The position numbers were made by a program, and so were the translations under genes. Below, piece after piece: positions 22,217 to 32,173 of a stretch of 64,000 nt of DNA; position 1 is the first letter of the stretch; each line of letters starts with the position of its first letter. The notes under the pieces are model-generated. The model searched no databases. It was not told where the DNA came from and saw only the letters and a program-made list of their open reading frames with translations. Location of the stretch: the IMG/VR virus record IMGVR_UViG_3300005538_000001, one strand, 5' to 3'. Source of the DNA: a virus.

Positions 22217-22547
22217 GACATCTCCTGATCATCGTGAAGAGGGCAAGCCCCCGTAGATAGAGCCATTGGGCGGTCAATCCGCCCCGTTGCGCGAGCCAGT
22301 CCCGGATTCGTTCCGGATAGGAGGCCCACATGGTTTCTGTCGCGAGGACGGTCGTTCCCTGGTGGAAATGGAGTTCCGCCTTCGTGGTGGCGCAGAGTTG
22401 GGGACCCGGAAGCGCCAGCAGCACCGTGCAGGCCGACGCACAGGGGCCGGAGATCACGACGTGCTCGCCGCGCTTCTCGATCCAGCGTTCGTAGACCGCA
22501 TAGGCCGCGACGTTGCCGCCGTAGTCGTTGGCGATGTGGATGGTCAA
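22203..22547 (-). CDS. hypothetical protein (ClpP/crotonase-like fragment?)
   Basis: 114 aa. VVISGPCASACTVLLALPGPQLCATTKAELHFHQG resembles a family of alphaproteobacterial periplasmic proteins. No signal peptide here. Confidence 0.4.
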   Translation of the reverse strand: MTIHIANDYGGNVAAYAVYERWIEKRGEHVVISGPCASACTVLLALPGPQLCATTKAELHFHQGTTVLATETMWASYPERIRDWLAQRGGLTAQWLYLRGLALFTMIRRCHADE

Positions 22548-22816
22548 ATGGCGGCCAGCTGGCTGTTCAACGCTGTCTGCAACGCGGTCAGCTGCGCGAT
22601 CATCGTCTGGAAGAACGGCGCGGCGGCACTCGGCGGCAGGGATGCGGTGACATCCACCTGACCGGTCTGGTTGAGGTTTCCATCCCCGATCACGACGGAC
22701 AATCGGAGCAGAGAGTTGTTGCCGTTGGCCGCGTTCAATGCGGCGAGCGCCGCCGCCAATGAGTCGAGTGCTGCGGAGATCGGATACCCGCTTTTCACCT
22801 GTGCCTGCGTGACCAT
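22544..22816 (-). CDS. hypothetical protein
   Basis: Trimmed to ATG 22816 (MVTQAQVKSGYPISAALDSL...) after GGAGCGGGG. The supplied start 22867 overlaps the upstream gene by 50 nt. Confidence 0.45.
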   Translation of the reverse strand: MVTQAQVKSGYPISAALDSLAAALAALNAANGNNSLLRLSVVIGDGNLNQTGQVDVTASLPPSAAAPFFQTMIAQLTALQTALNSQLAAI

Positions 22817-22817
22817 T

Positions 22818-23522
22818 TCAGGACCCCGCTCCGAGGGTTGTGAAGTTGTAGATGACAGTTGGCGCACCGCCGGATGGCTTGAACGCTACGATAATGTCAG
22901 TCCAAGCAACGCTTGACCCTAATGTCGGATTATAGGTCTGGTTGCCTGTGCCGGCATTCACCAGATTGCCAGCTTCAATCGAGGTCGTTCCGTTGGGGGG
23001 CGCAGCCCAGCCACTGGCTTGCGTAAAGGTAGCACTGGCCACAACTGACCCGATGAACAACTCTCCTGAAACACCTGGAGTGCCGGCATTTGAAACGCTT
23101 GGCGCCGTGCTCGTGCCGGATGCCGAATTGGTGACAGCTGTGTCCAACGGGGAGGCGGATTGCCCTGTAATGTAAGATGCCGAGATGTTCCAGGCCGCCG
23201 ATGTCGTCCATGAGCACGTTATTGTCGCTGTGCTCAGCGAAGCTGAATTGTTGAAATAGAAAACCAGCTGTTCTTGTGTATTTGTCTTAGTTGTGATGAG
23301 CGTATAGGCGCCGTTTGTGCCGTCTGAGCAAGATGGGCTTGTTACAGCCACGCTTGTTCTCAGAATGACATATATGACTCCTCCTGACGATTCAGTAACG
23401 GATGACAGAGTGCCAGAGGTGGCGCTGCCTCCCGTGCTGGTCCCGATATTCGCGATGGAGATCGCTTGCGCAGGAAACGCCAGCGCCAGCCAGACAAAGC
23501 AAGCAACGAGAAAACGGCGCAT
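22818..23522 (-). CDS. Ser/Thr/Gly-rich fibre-like protein with signal peptide
   Basis: 234 aa. MRRFLVACFVWLALAFPAQA|ISIANIG. Confidence 0.5.
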   Translation of the reverse strand: MRRFLVACFVWLALAFPAQAISIANIGTSTGGSATSGTLSSVTESSGGVIYVILRTSVAVTSPSCSDGTNGAYTLITTKTNTQEQLVFYFNNSASLSTATITCSWTTSAAWNISASYITGQSASPLDTAVTNSASGTSTAPSVSNAGTPGVSGELFIGSVVASATFTQASGWAAPPNGTTSIEAGNLVNAGTGNQTYNPTLGSSVAWTDIIVAFKPSGGAPTVIYNFTTLGAGS

Positions 23523-23531
23523 CGGCCCTCG

Positions 23532-25847
23532 CTACAATTGCACGTAGCTCAAGACACCGGATGTCTGAGCGGTGGAGGAGTAGAACAGGCACACGTTGTC
23601 GGCGGCCGTCGCGGTGATCGCCACACCGGATTCGCCGTTGCCCAGCACGAAGCCCTGGTTGGCGGCGAGATTGATGCCAAGTGCAGCGGTCGCGCCGCCG
23701 AGCATGCCGGTTGTGTTGGTTGCGCACACCGTTCCGGTGCCTTCCTCAAGGTTGAGGTTCTGCGCGGCCGCAGCGAACACGAACATATGGCACACGTAAG
23801 TCTTTTTGCTCGACGTGCCGGTGATGATCTGCTGATTGGAGGCCGAGCCCGCGTTGTTGATTACTACGTAGGTTTTCGCGACCACCTGGCACGGATCGCC
23901 GACGAGCCCGGTCAGGTTGCCGCCGACGTTGACGCCCATGTACCCGGCGTTGGCCGGGACGGCAGAGCCGGTCGCGCCGGTGCCGGCATCGATCGTATTG
24001 AGGTTGTTGCCGGAGGTGACGTTGGCTGCCCGGGCGTTCCCCGCCCCGTCCATGATGACGCCGCGCATCGAGCCGTGATTGTCGATCTGCAATTGCGAGA
24101 CGTTGCCTGCGGTCACTGCCGCAGGGGAGGACTGATAGATGCCGCCGACGATCAGCTCGTTAGCGGGTGCCGACTGGTTCGCTCCTGCGGCGTCCATGGC
24201 GCCGTTGGCGTTGCCGACGACACCGACCTTGAGCACGCCCGATGCGGCCGTGGATGCGGTCGTGCCGGCGACAGACGCGAGATCGACCTGACCCGCGTAG
24301 ATCGACCCCGAAGGGTTGACACCTGTCCATCCGCGAAGATTGCCGGCAACGTTGATCCCGGCATAGAGCCCGTTGGCGGGGACTGCGGAGCCCGTGGCCT
24401 GGTCGAAGGCGGCGCCGGCATTCCCCAGCACATCAATTTTACCGATGACGTTGGTGCCGGCAGGAATGGCCGTCTTGAGGTTGACGAGCGTATTGCCTGC
24501 GTTGTCGCACTGAACCGGGGAGGAGTTGGTGGAGGTGATCGTTGTCGGCGAGGTATTGAATTGGCAGCCGGTGAGCAGCGCATTGGCCGGGCTCGATGCA
24601 TTCTGCCCGGCGAAATCCATGATAGCACCCGCATTGCCGAGCACGTCGACCTTGCCGACAGTGGCCGATCCGGCAACAAGCCCCACGGTGGAGTCGTTTG
24701 AAACCGTGACGCGCGGGATGCCGGAGCCCGACGCGCCCGTTCCCGTCACCACGTTCGATCCGCCGAACTGCGTGATGTTATTTGAGAGCGTCGCGGTCGA
24801 GGCGTTAACCGAGACAATCAGACGGCCGGATGAATCGGTCTGGCACGGCAATGTCTGTCCGGCTGTGGGAGATGGCGCGCTCGAATTGTAGATGCATCCC
24901 ACGATCGCGGTGTTGGTCGGAGCAGTCCCCGGTACCGTGCCGGACATCAGCCCCCACTTGCCGATGGTTGTCGGATCGACGGTGCCGATCGGGTTGACGC
25001 CGGGCAGCAATGTCGTGCCGACCCCATAGGGGATCTTGGTCACATAAGGAGTGACGGTGCCCGTGCCGGTGATGACCGTGGAGAGCCGGATCCTTACTTG
25101 TTGGAATCCGAATACATGCAGCAGGAAGGCTTTGTTGGTGCTGGCCTGCAAGGTGTACGGCATGCTGATCTGCGCCCCTGTGGTCGAGGTCGGGTCGACC
25201 ACCTGATCCGCAGCAAGAGCTACCCAGTTGGTGCCATCATACGTGCCTTCAGCCGTGACGGCGCCACCCGTGAGCGTCGTCGTCTGGTCGAGTTGCAGCA
25301 GGGCTGCCGCGATCGCTTCGGTGCCGGCCAGGATCGTCTGTGTGGCATTAAGTGAGGTGCCGGAATTCCATGCCGATAGTGTCACCACGGGAAGGCCGAG
25401 CTCAGTGAGCATGAAGCGGTTCGGCGTCATCCGGGCCACGCCCGCCTGCCCGGAGGTGAGCAGCGTCACGCTCGCTTCCGGGATGTATGATCCACCGATA
25501 GGAGTAAGCGAGGTCGTCCCCTGAGTGAATGCAGACTCGTCCGCAAGGGAGGTGCCGCCGCCTGATCCTGCTCCTCCGTCCACGATGTTGCCGTTCGCGT
25601 CGAACGCCGCAAAGTCCCCGTTGGTGAAGCTCCCCGAGCCGGTCATGAACTTGGTGGTGTTGCCGGAGACCGTGCCGCACGCCACGCCCCTCGTGCCGCT
25701 GCCGTTCCCGAGAACGGGAGCATTCGAGTTGCAGAAGGAGAGCGTGTTGTAGACGTTTGGATAGGTCGTCGCAGGCTGGGCGCAGGCAATACCTGCGCTT
25801 ACAAGCAGCGCCGCGAAAGCACCGAGGAGATGATTGATCGCCTTCAT
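23532..25847 (-). CDS. large repeat-containing fibre/adhesin-like protein with signal peptide
   Basis: 771 aa. MKAINHLLGAFAALLVSAGIACA|QP. Internal ~50-aa repeats (VLGNAGAIMDFAGQNASSPANALLTG / VLGNAGAAFDQATGSAVPANGLYAG / VVGNANGAMDAAGANQSAPANELIVG). Confidence 0.55.
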   Translation of the reverse strand: MKAINHLLGAFAALLVSAGIACAQPATTYPNVYNTLSFCNSNAPVLGNGSGTRGVACGTVSGNTTKFMTGSGSFTNGDFAAFDANGNIVDGGAGSGGGTSLADESAFTQGTTSLTPIGGSYIPEASVTLLTSGQAGVARMTPNRFMLTELGLPVVTLSAWNSGTSLNATQTILAGTEAIAAALLQLDQTTTLTGGAVTAEGTYDGTNWVALAADQVVDPTSTTGAQISMPYTLQASTNKAFLLHVFGFQQVRIRLSTVITGTGTVTPYVTKIPYGVGTTLLPGVNPIGTVDPTTIGKWGLMSGTVPGTAPTNTAIVGCIYNSSAPSPTAGQTLPCQTDSSGRLIVSVNASTATLSNNITQFGGSNVVTGTGASGSGIPRVTVSNDSTVGLVAGSATVGKVDVLGNAGAIMDFAGQNASSPANALLTGCQFNTSPTTITSTNSSPVQCDNAGNTLVNLKTAIPAGTNVIGKIDVLGNAGAAFDQATGSAVPANGLYAGINVAGNLRGWTGVNPSGSIYAGQVDLASVAGTTASTAASGVLKVGVVGNANGAMDAAGANQSAPANELIVGGIYQSSPAAVTAGNVSQLQIDNHGSMRGVIMDGAGNARAANVTSGNNLNTIDAGTGATGSAVPANAGYMGVNVGGNLTGLVGDPCQVVAKTYVVINNAGSASNQQIITGTSSKKTYVCHMFVFAAAAQNLNLEEGTGTVCATNTTGMLGGATAALGINLAANQGFVLGNGESGVAITATAADNVCLFYSSTAQTSGVLSYVQL

Positions 25848-26275
25848 TTCGGGGGCTCCGAAACCTTCTTGCGGGTAAAACAGGGGTTGCGGCCTTGCAT
25901 CTCGGCGCGCTGCCGTGAGCGCACGTCCCGGCGCAGCATCGCCGGGTGAAAGTCCGTCAGGGTCTCGACCGTGAGCGCGAAGCCCGAGCCTCCGGGCAGC
26001 TCTGCCGTGAGCCTGTCGCCGATCGCGTAGTCCTGGCCGGGGAGCATGCGGACATCATCCACCGTGCCATGGGGTCCGACCGTGAGGTCCGCCCGCGCGG
26101 CGGAACCGTTGCCTCCCACCATCTCCACGTTTCTGTAGGTGCCCGGCACATAGCCCGAGCCCGCGTCGATATGGGCCGACATGATCTGATGGCACGTCCA
26201 TTCCTGGTCGTGCGGGAGGGTTTCATCCGCGAGGGCGGCAACTGAGAGCATCAGCAAGGCTAAGATCGTTCTCAT
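25844..26275 (-). CDS. secreted hypothetical protein
   Basis: 143 aa. MRTILALLMLSVAALA|DE. Coupled to both neighbours. Confidence 0.5.
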   Translation of the reverse strand: MRTILALLMLSVAALADETLPHDQEWTCHQIMSAHIDAGSGYVPGTYRNVEMVGGNGSAARADLTVGPHGTVDDVRMLPGQDYAIGDRLTAELPGGSGFALTVETLTDFHPAMLRRDVRSRQRAEMQGRNPCFTRKKVSEPPK

Positions 26276-29064
26276 AGGTTAGCGCTCGCCGTGCAGCCGG
26301 TTGTCGTGTAGGAGCCGGACCCGGCGAAGTTCCCGAGCACCAGACAGCTGCTGTTGCTGGACCCGACGGTGACGTTGACGCCGCCGTTGCTGCCGTAGGT
26401 GGGCGAGTGCATCTGGTTGTTGCTGACACTGAACAGCGAAACGCTGCTGTTGGTATCGATCCCGCTGGTTGTGTTACCGGCGATGAGGTTGTTACTTATG
26501 TTGATGCCCGAAATACCGGTTTTGGCAAGATCGACGCCTTGCGCGCATCCGGTAATAGTGTTGCTGTTCAGGGTGAGATCGCCGACGAATGTTCCGCCGA
26601 CTTCGACGCGAACTGCGGCCCCTCCGGACACCGTGCAGGGACCAAAAAAATTATTGATGCCGGTAACTATCTCACCGTTGTTTATGTCAAGGCCGATGTT
26701 CAGCGCCTCGGTGTCATTGCCTATCAGATTGATGTTGGTTGGAGTGTTGCCGCTGTTAAGCGAATTATAGAGGCAGATCGCGTTGTTGGCCGCGCCGGAA
26801 AAATCGCTCAATACCGCCCAGCTGACATAGCTGCCGTAGTCGTACACCATGCTGCATGAGGAAAGGGCCGTGTTCACGACCAGTTTCTTGGCGTACAATG
26901 TCTGCCAAGTGCAGCTGCCATCCGTGATGTTGGTGCCGTAGCTTGCCGCAACCGGCGTCGAGCTGCCGCTGGTGCAGTTGCTGCCGACGTTCTGGATCAG
27001 AAAATTCGTGACCCCGGAAAGGCCGACGACAGCGCAGGCGGAAAACGCAGTCGTTGCGGACCATGATGTCGTGCTGGTCGGCATTCCACAGCTGCCAGCG
27101 GTGTTCTCATCGGCGCTGACGCGCAGCATGTACCCGTTGGAATCGGGGACTCCATTGGATGTGGGGCACGTAACTCCACTGTTGCAGCCGTGATAGATAA
27201 GAGCGCCCCCGTACCCGTATGCGACAATCGTGTTGGTGATCCAGTAGTCCACCGCCGCAATGTTGAGAGGAAACCTGCCATGTGCGAGGTAGGAGTTCTC
27301 CACGATCATGCCGACGCCGGCCAGCACCAGGGCATCGCCTGTCGGGGACACCCCGCCCGCCTGCATGTCGGGGCCTTGGATCTTGAGGTTGGAAATCTCG
27401 TCGTTCTGGCCGGTCACCGTGACCGCAGTGACGTTGTGTCCGCATGTGGAAATGGTGGCGGCGCCGGTATTGATCGTCCCTTCCCCGACAATGTGCAAAC
27501 CAGAGGCGGAAAAGGTCAGCCCGGTGATGGTGCAATATTTCCCGGTGGGGAAGTAGAGGGTGCCGCCGGAGACCGGTGTGAGCGCCGTGAGCCTCGTTAC
27601 ACAAGTGTTGATCGCAGCGGTGTCGTCGGTCGAGCCGTCGCCCTTGGCCCCGCATTGCCGCACATCCGCCCACGGGCGACCCGAGCCCATGTAGGCGTCG
27701 GCGCTCCACTGGTGGATGCCGGTCCAGGTCGGGGCGATGGTCTGGGACAAGGCAGGTGCCGCATCGGAGCGCATCCCGGTCAGGGCGGAGCCGTTGATCG
27801 CTGAAAGGCCGATCGAGGCGGTCGGATTTGCGAACGATCCGGCGGGATTGAGCGATATCCAGGTCGTCGAGCCGCTGGAATTGTAATAGGGAATGCCGGT
27901 GCCGTTCTCCAGATAAAGTGAGCCCTTGGCCGCAGAGAGAGTAGGCGCCCCCGTCCCGAAATAGAGCCCGAAATTGCCTGTGGTCGACATGCTCAATCCC
28001 GCACCGGCCGTGCCGCCGGAGGGGATCGCAAGCGTCGCCTCGATCTTGTCTGAGCCGTTGACCGTCTGGTTCCCAGTCCATGTGATATTGCCGGCAATCG
28101 ACGTATAGGTCGAGCCGAGGTGCATCGCCGTGGTGCCGAGCGTGATCTGGTTGCCGGCATAGGCTGTATTGACGTCGCACAGGGCGCTGCCCGTGGACGG
28201 CGAGCACGTCAGCGATCCGAGGCTGCTGGAGACCGAGTTGACCCCGACCGCGCCGGAGATCGACCCCCACGCGGCATGCACGACGGCAACGTTGGTGGGG
28301 ATTGCGGCCCTGAATGTGATCGTTGTGCCAGATACGCTCGATACCGCATAGGCGCTTTGCAGGTCGCCATCGAACGACACCCATAGCGCGTTGGCGTTGG
28401 CAGGGGCACTGGTGAGCGTGAGGCTCATCGTCGTGCCGGGGGTGAAATCGCCATTCGAGGCGACGAAATCCTGCGCGTTGAAAGTGACCGTTCCGCCGCC
28501 GCCGCCGCCGCCGCACGCGGCCCAGGACGGAATCCCCCCTGACGACTCAGATAGACAGTTGGTGCCGCTGTTGTTGCCCGGCAGCGTCTGCCACACGGAG
28601 CCGTTCCAATAGGCGATGTCTCCGGTCTGGGTGATGGTCGGCGCAAGCGCGGTGAAGGCCGCCGATGCCGTGGTCTGGCCCGTGCACCCCTGCGCAATCG
28701 AGCAGGGCGCGGTCTGTGTCGCGAACGGTCCCAACGTTGCCGACTGCGTGGCGAGCGAGCCGAACGGTGTGCCATTGGTGCCTGTAACTGTGATGACGCC
28801 GGTTGCGGTGTTGAGCGTCGCATCACCCGACATCGTGAAGCCGCCGAACGATCCGGCATTGTTGTATTGCTGCTGCCCGTTGGTCCCTCCGGGCGTGCCG
28901 CCTCCACCTCCGCCCCCCGCGACGGCCGCCTGCACGAAGGCGGTCGAGGCACATTGGTTATTGCTCGTCCCGTAGGGCGCAGTTGGGCAGATGAAGTTCT
29001 GCGCCATCGCGGGGGCGGCTAGCACGAACAACCAGATGAGGACGCCGCATAGCCTGCGAATCAT
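26272..29064 (-). CDS. tail fibre/tailspike with pectate-lyase-type beta-helix, preceded by a signal peptide
   Basis: 930 aa. MIRRLCGVLIWLFVLAAPAMA|QN is followed by the tail-fibre N-terminal motif CPTAPYGTSNNQCASTAFVQ, then RQCGAKGDGSTDDTAAINTCV (Pectate_lyase_3-like) and beta-helix repeats. Confidence 0.7.
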   Translation of the reverse strand: MIRRLCGVLIWLFVLAAPAMAQNFICPTAPYGTSNNQCASTAFVQAAVAGGGGGGGTPGGTNGQQQYNNAGSFGGFTMSGDATLNTATGVITVTGTNGTPFGSLATQSATLGPFATQTAPCSIAQGCTGQTTASAAFTALAPTITQTGDIAYWNGSVWQTLPGNNSGTNCLSESSGGIPSWAACGGGGGGGTVTFNAQDFVASNGDFTPGTTMSLTLTSAPANANALWVSFDGDLQSAYAVSSVSGTTITFRAAIPTNVAVVHAAWGSISGAVGVNSVSSSLGSLTCSPSTGSALCDVNTAYAGNQITLGTTAMHLGSTYTSIAGNITWTGNQTVNGSDKIEATLAIPSGGTAGAGLSMSTTGNFGLYFGTGAPTLSAAKGSLYLENGTGIPYYNSSGSTTWISLNPAGSFANPTASIGLSAINGSALTGMRSDAAPALSQTIAPTWTGIHQWSADAYMGSGRPWADVRQCGAKGDGSTDDTAAINTCVTRLTALTPVSGGTLYFPTGKYCTITGLTFSASGLHIVGEGTINTGAATISTCGHNVTAVTVTGQNDEISNLKIQGPDMQAGGVSPTGDALVLAGVGMIVENSYLAHGRFPLNIAAVDYWITNTIVAYGYGGALIYHGCNSGVTCPTSNGVPDSNGYMLRVSADENTAGSCGMPTSTTSWSATTAFSACAVVGLSGVTNFLIQNVGSNCTSGSSTPVAASYGTNITDGSCTWQTLYAKKLVVNTALSSCSMVYDYGSYVSWAVLSDFSGAANNAICLYNSLNSGNTPTNINLIGNDTEALNIGLDINNGEIVTGINNFFGPCTVSGGAAVRVEVGGTFVGDLTLNSNTITGCAQGVDLAKTGISGINISNNLIAGNTTSGIDTNSSVSLFSVSNNQMHSPTYGSNGGVNVTVGSSNSSCLVLGNFAGSGSYTTTGCTASANL

Positions 29065-29080
29065 GTCGTGCGTGGCCTTG

Positions 29081-29752
29081 TCAGAGATATTCGAGGATGG
29101 TCAGCGGACTGCTGCTGGAAGCGGCAATCGCGTTCCAGGCACAGTTCACGCGGCGCCTGCCCTTCGCCATGATGGTTTTGGTCTGGCCGGGCAGCACGAT
29201 CATCGATCCAGCGCCGAGCGCGGCGGCGATGTTGGCAGGGGAAACTGCGACGTTGACTGTTCCGGGATTGTGAAAGCTGATCCCGCGCCGGACCGGATTG
29301 GTGCCCACCGTCGGTCCTGATGATGTCGCCACGGAGAAGCCGGAGGCCTGCGGCGAGGACACCGGGATCGAGGTCGTGACCCGGCTCAGCGGCTCTGGCG
29401 CGGGCACAGACTGGTTGTTGTCGGTGAAATTGAAGATGGTGAGTGGATTGAACAGGCCGGAATCCGCGAGGGCGTTCCAGGCACAGTTGACGTTGATCAG
29501 CTCGTCGTCATCCGGGAAGATGATGAGTTCGCTCTGCGGGTAGATGAGGATAGATCCTGAACCGGTCGACACCGTGAGGTTGGCTGGAGCGACGCGGATG
29601 TTGTTGGTCCCTGGATTATGAAAGATCAGAGCATGACGCACATTATCGGCCGGCAGGACTTGTACGGGCAAACCATCGGGGATGATGGCGGCGACGCCGA
29701 TCGGCCCGAGGACCGGAATATCGTAGGAGAGATTGGCGAGGGGGAGCGACAT
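29081..29752 (-). CDS. hypothetical structural protein with internal duplication
   Basis: 223 aa. Two similar halves (..ALIFHNPGTNNIRVAPANL..CAWNALA.. / ..GISFHNPGTVNVAVSPANI..CAWNAIA..). Confidence 0.5.
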   Translation of the reverse strand: MSLPLANLSYDIPVLGPIGVAAIIPDGLPVQVLPADNVRHALIFHNPGTNNIRVAPANLTVSTGSGSILIYPQSELIIFPDDDELINVNCAWNALADSGLFNPLTIFNFTDNNQSVPAPEPLSRVTTSIPVSSPQASGFSVATSSGPTVGTNPVRRGISFHNPGTVNVAVSPANIAAALGAGSMIVLPGQTKTIMAKGRRRVNCAWNAIAASSSSPLTILEYL

Positions 29753-32154
29753 CAGTTGTTACCGGAGATGGTCTTGTGCGTGCCGGTGCCCCCGTCGCTG
29801 ACGCCGGTCGCCGGATAGACGATATTGCCGGTGACGTTGTAATGGTCGGAGGAGCCGGTCGCGATGAACACGCTATTGGTGTTCGCGCCCCAGACTGCGT
29901 TTTCACCGAGCTGATTGCTCTCGATGTTGAAGGCCGAGACACCGGCCGCAACCGATACCGCCGTCGTCGTCGCGCCGATGATGTTGCCAGTGATTATCGT
30001 CCCGACGCCACCGCCGAGAAAAATTCCCGTGCCCCCGGTCGTGCCGTAGATGATATTGCCGTCGATTCGCACGTCGCCGATCGTGCCGTTTTCGATGTTG
30101 AGGATGGTGCAGCTTGCCTCCTGGCAGCCGCCCATCTGGTTGTGCTCGATGGTGATGTCCCATCCCGCGGCGATTGCGATGTTGGCGACGAGTTGCGCCG
30201 CAAAGGTGTTGCCATAGACATCGATCAATGCCGGCGCGGTGCCGGCAAGGCTGTTGGTAAAGGCGAGGCCGTGCGTGAAGGACGATGACAGGTCATTGAG
30301 GCCGATGATCAGTGCATTGCCGCCAGACGTGTCGACCTGGATGCCGTAATAGACCGTTTGGCCGATCAATCCCCACTTGACAGTGCCGTCGGTCACCGTC
30401 GAGCCGAAGGCGGGATTGGACGGTGCCACCGAGCCGCTGACGCCGCCCTGCGTCGCCTGCAACAGATAGGTGCCGTTGGACACGATGACCCCGGCTGCGT
30501 AGGAGGTCAGGCCAGCCCATGGCGAGACGGTGATCCCGGCGCTCGGGGTTGCGTAGGGGTATGGCTGGTCGAGCTTGTTGCGCCAGATATAGCCGCCGGC
30601 CGCCTCGACGTAGATCGCGGCGCTTCCGTAGAACCATTGCAGCTTGTTGTTGAAGAGGTAGATTTCGCCGGAGCCGGCGGCGTTGATGCCGTAGCGGCCA
30701 TAGTGGATTTCCGAGTTGGATACGGTGCATTCGAAGCAGCCGGAGGAAAATCTGATCGCGTCGTGCGCCGTGTTCACTGTCAGCGATCCCAACACGCCGA
30801 GATTGACGATCTCGTCGTGGATCCCTGACATGGCGATGATGCCGACATTGGCGCCGCAGGCACTCAGCGTCGTGGCAAGGCGGTTAGTGCCGAGCAGCGT
30901 CACGCCTGCGACGGTGACGGTCAGCGGGCCGCTCTTGATGCAGAACGTGCCGGCGGAAAGTTGCACGGTGCCGCCGCCGGTCAGGAAATTGATTGCCGCC
31001 TGAACTGCCGCCGTGTCGTCGGAGGTGCCGTCGCCCTTGGCTCCCCACCAGCGCGGATCAATGACGAGGTGCGCGCCCACGCCGAACGAGGACTGCCACA
31101 CGTACCAGGTGCCGAACGTGGCCCCGTCCGTCGTCACGAAATAGGTGATGCCTGGAAGCAGCGTGACCGCAGTGCCGGAGGAATTGCCGTAGATGAGGTC
31201 GCTGGCGTTGGGCGCAAGGGTGGCGCCGCTTGTACCCGGCAGCACATTGATCCAGAAGCCGAAGCCCGGGAACAAGCTGTTGGCGGCCGGCAGCGTATAG
31301 GTCAGAGGACCGGTCGCAATCCTTTGCGTCAGGTGGAATGTGCATGCGACCGTTTGGCTGGTGGCGTCCGATACGGGCGTATTGACGACCCGCGCGTTGC
31401 CGGATCCGTCGTCCTGAAGGGTGGCGCCGCCGCAGGTGCCGGAATTGATGTTCTCGGTTGCCATCGAGCCGAGCCCGAAGGCGGTGCGACCGCCGGCAAG
31501 CGAGGCGGAATTGACGACGGGCTGCATCGCGGAGGAGACGGAGCCTGAAGGGAGCGTCGAGCAGGCCTGGACGTTTCCGGATCCATCGAAGCAGAGTGCG
31601 GCATTGGCTCGCTGCGCGGCGGAAGGAAGCGCGAGGTTGATGGTGGAGGGATCGACGATTGGCGCCGAGATGACGCGGGTCTGCGCCTCGGCGATTTGCT
31701 GGATCTGCATTTCCAGCACGTCGAGGCCCTGCTCGGTGGATTTGGCCAGTTGCCCGAACGAGGCTTGATTTTGGAGGCTGGTCGATTGGGTGAAGGGAAG
31801 GTTACGATAGATCGTGAGCGTCGTGCCGGAGGCGATCGGGGTTCCACTCGGATTATAGGTGACGGTTCCTCCTACTCCCCACAGCGCGGGATAGGCCGGG
31901 CTGTTGACCGTGACCTGGAACTGGGTGGGACCGGGGCCCTGGGTGAGCGTCGTCTCGTTGCCTGACGCATCCGTGTAGATCACATTGATGTCGGACGCCG
32001 CATCCGCCACGAACGAATAGGAGAAGATCGTCTGCGAGCCGTTCCCGGAGACGATCACCTTGTTGGCAGACGTCGAGATGACGGCGCCGGCCGGGAGAAC
32101 GAGCGCGAGCAGGCAAAGGATCAGCGTGGCGCCGAGCGGCGCAAGACGTCTCAT
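29752..32154 (-). CDS. tailspike with pectate-lyase-type beta-helix, preceded by a signal peptide
   Basis: 800 aa. ATG 32154 has the SD AGGAAG. MRRLAPLGATLILCLLALVLPAGA|V is followed by the fibre N-domain motif VSGNGSQTIFSYSFV...INVIYTD, then WWGAKGDGTSDDTAAVQAAINFL. Confidence 0.7.
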   Translation of the reverse strand: MRRLAPLGATLILCLLALVLPAGAVISTSANKVIVSGNGSQTIFSYSFVADAASDINVIYTDASGNETTLTQGPGPTQFQVTVNSPAYPALWGVGGTVTYNPSGTPIASGTTLTIYRNLPFTQSTSLQNQASFGQLAKSTEQGLDVLEMQIQQIAEAQTRVISAPIVDPSTINLALPSAAQRANAALCFDGSGNVQACSTLPSGSVSSAMQPVVNSASLAGGRTAFGLGSMATENINSGTCGGATLQDDGSGNARVVNTPVSDATSQTVACTFHLTQRIATGPLTYTLPAANSLFPGFGFWINVLPGTSGATLAPNASDLIYGNSSGTAVTLLPGITYFVTTDGATFGTWYVWQSSFGVGAHLVIDPRWWGAKGDGTSDDTAAVQAAINFLTGGGTVQLSAGTFCIKSGPLTVTVAGVTLLGTNRLATTLSACGANVGIIAMSGIHDEIVNLGVLGSLTVNTAHDAIRFSSGCFECTVSNSEIHYGRYGINAAGSGEIYLFNNKLQWFYGSAAIYVEAAGGYIWRNKLDQPYPYATPSAGITVSPWAGLTSYAAGVIVSNGTYLLQATQGGVSGSVAPSNPAFGSTVTDGTVKWGLIGQTVYYGIQVDTSGGNALIIGLNDLSSSFTHGLAFTNSLAGTAPALIDVYGNTFAAQLVANIAIAAGWDITIEHNQMGGCQEASCTILNIENGTIGDVRIDGNIIYGTTGGTGIFLGGGVGTIITGNIIGATTTAVSVAAGVSAFNIESNQLGENAVWGANTNSVFIATGSSDHYNVTGNIVYPATGVSDGGTGTHKTISGNN

Positions 32155-32173
32155 CTGATTGTGCTTCCTGCTG

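Noticed and set aside
22818-32154. A diversity-generating retroelement (DGR) acting on the fibre genes, considered because the head genes and a possible cement protein reminded me of BPP-1-like podoviruses.
   Set aside because: I recognised no reverse transcriptase ORF and no template/variable repeat pair anywhere in the window.
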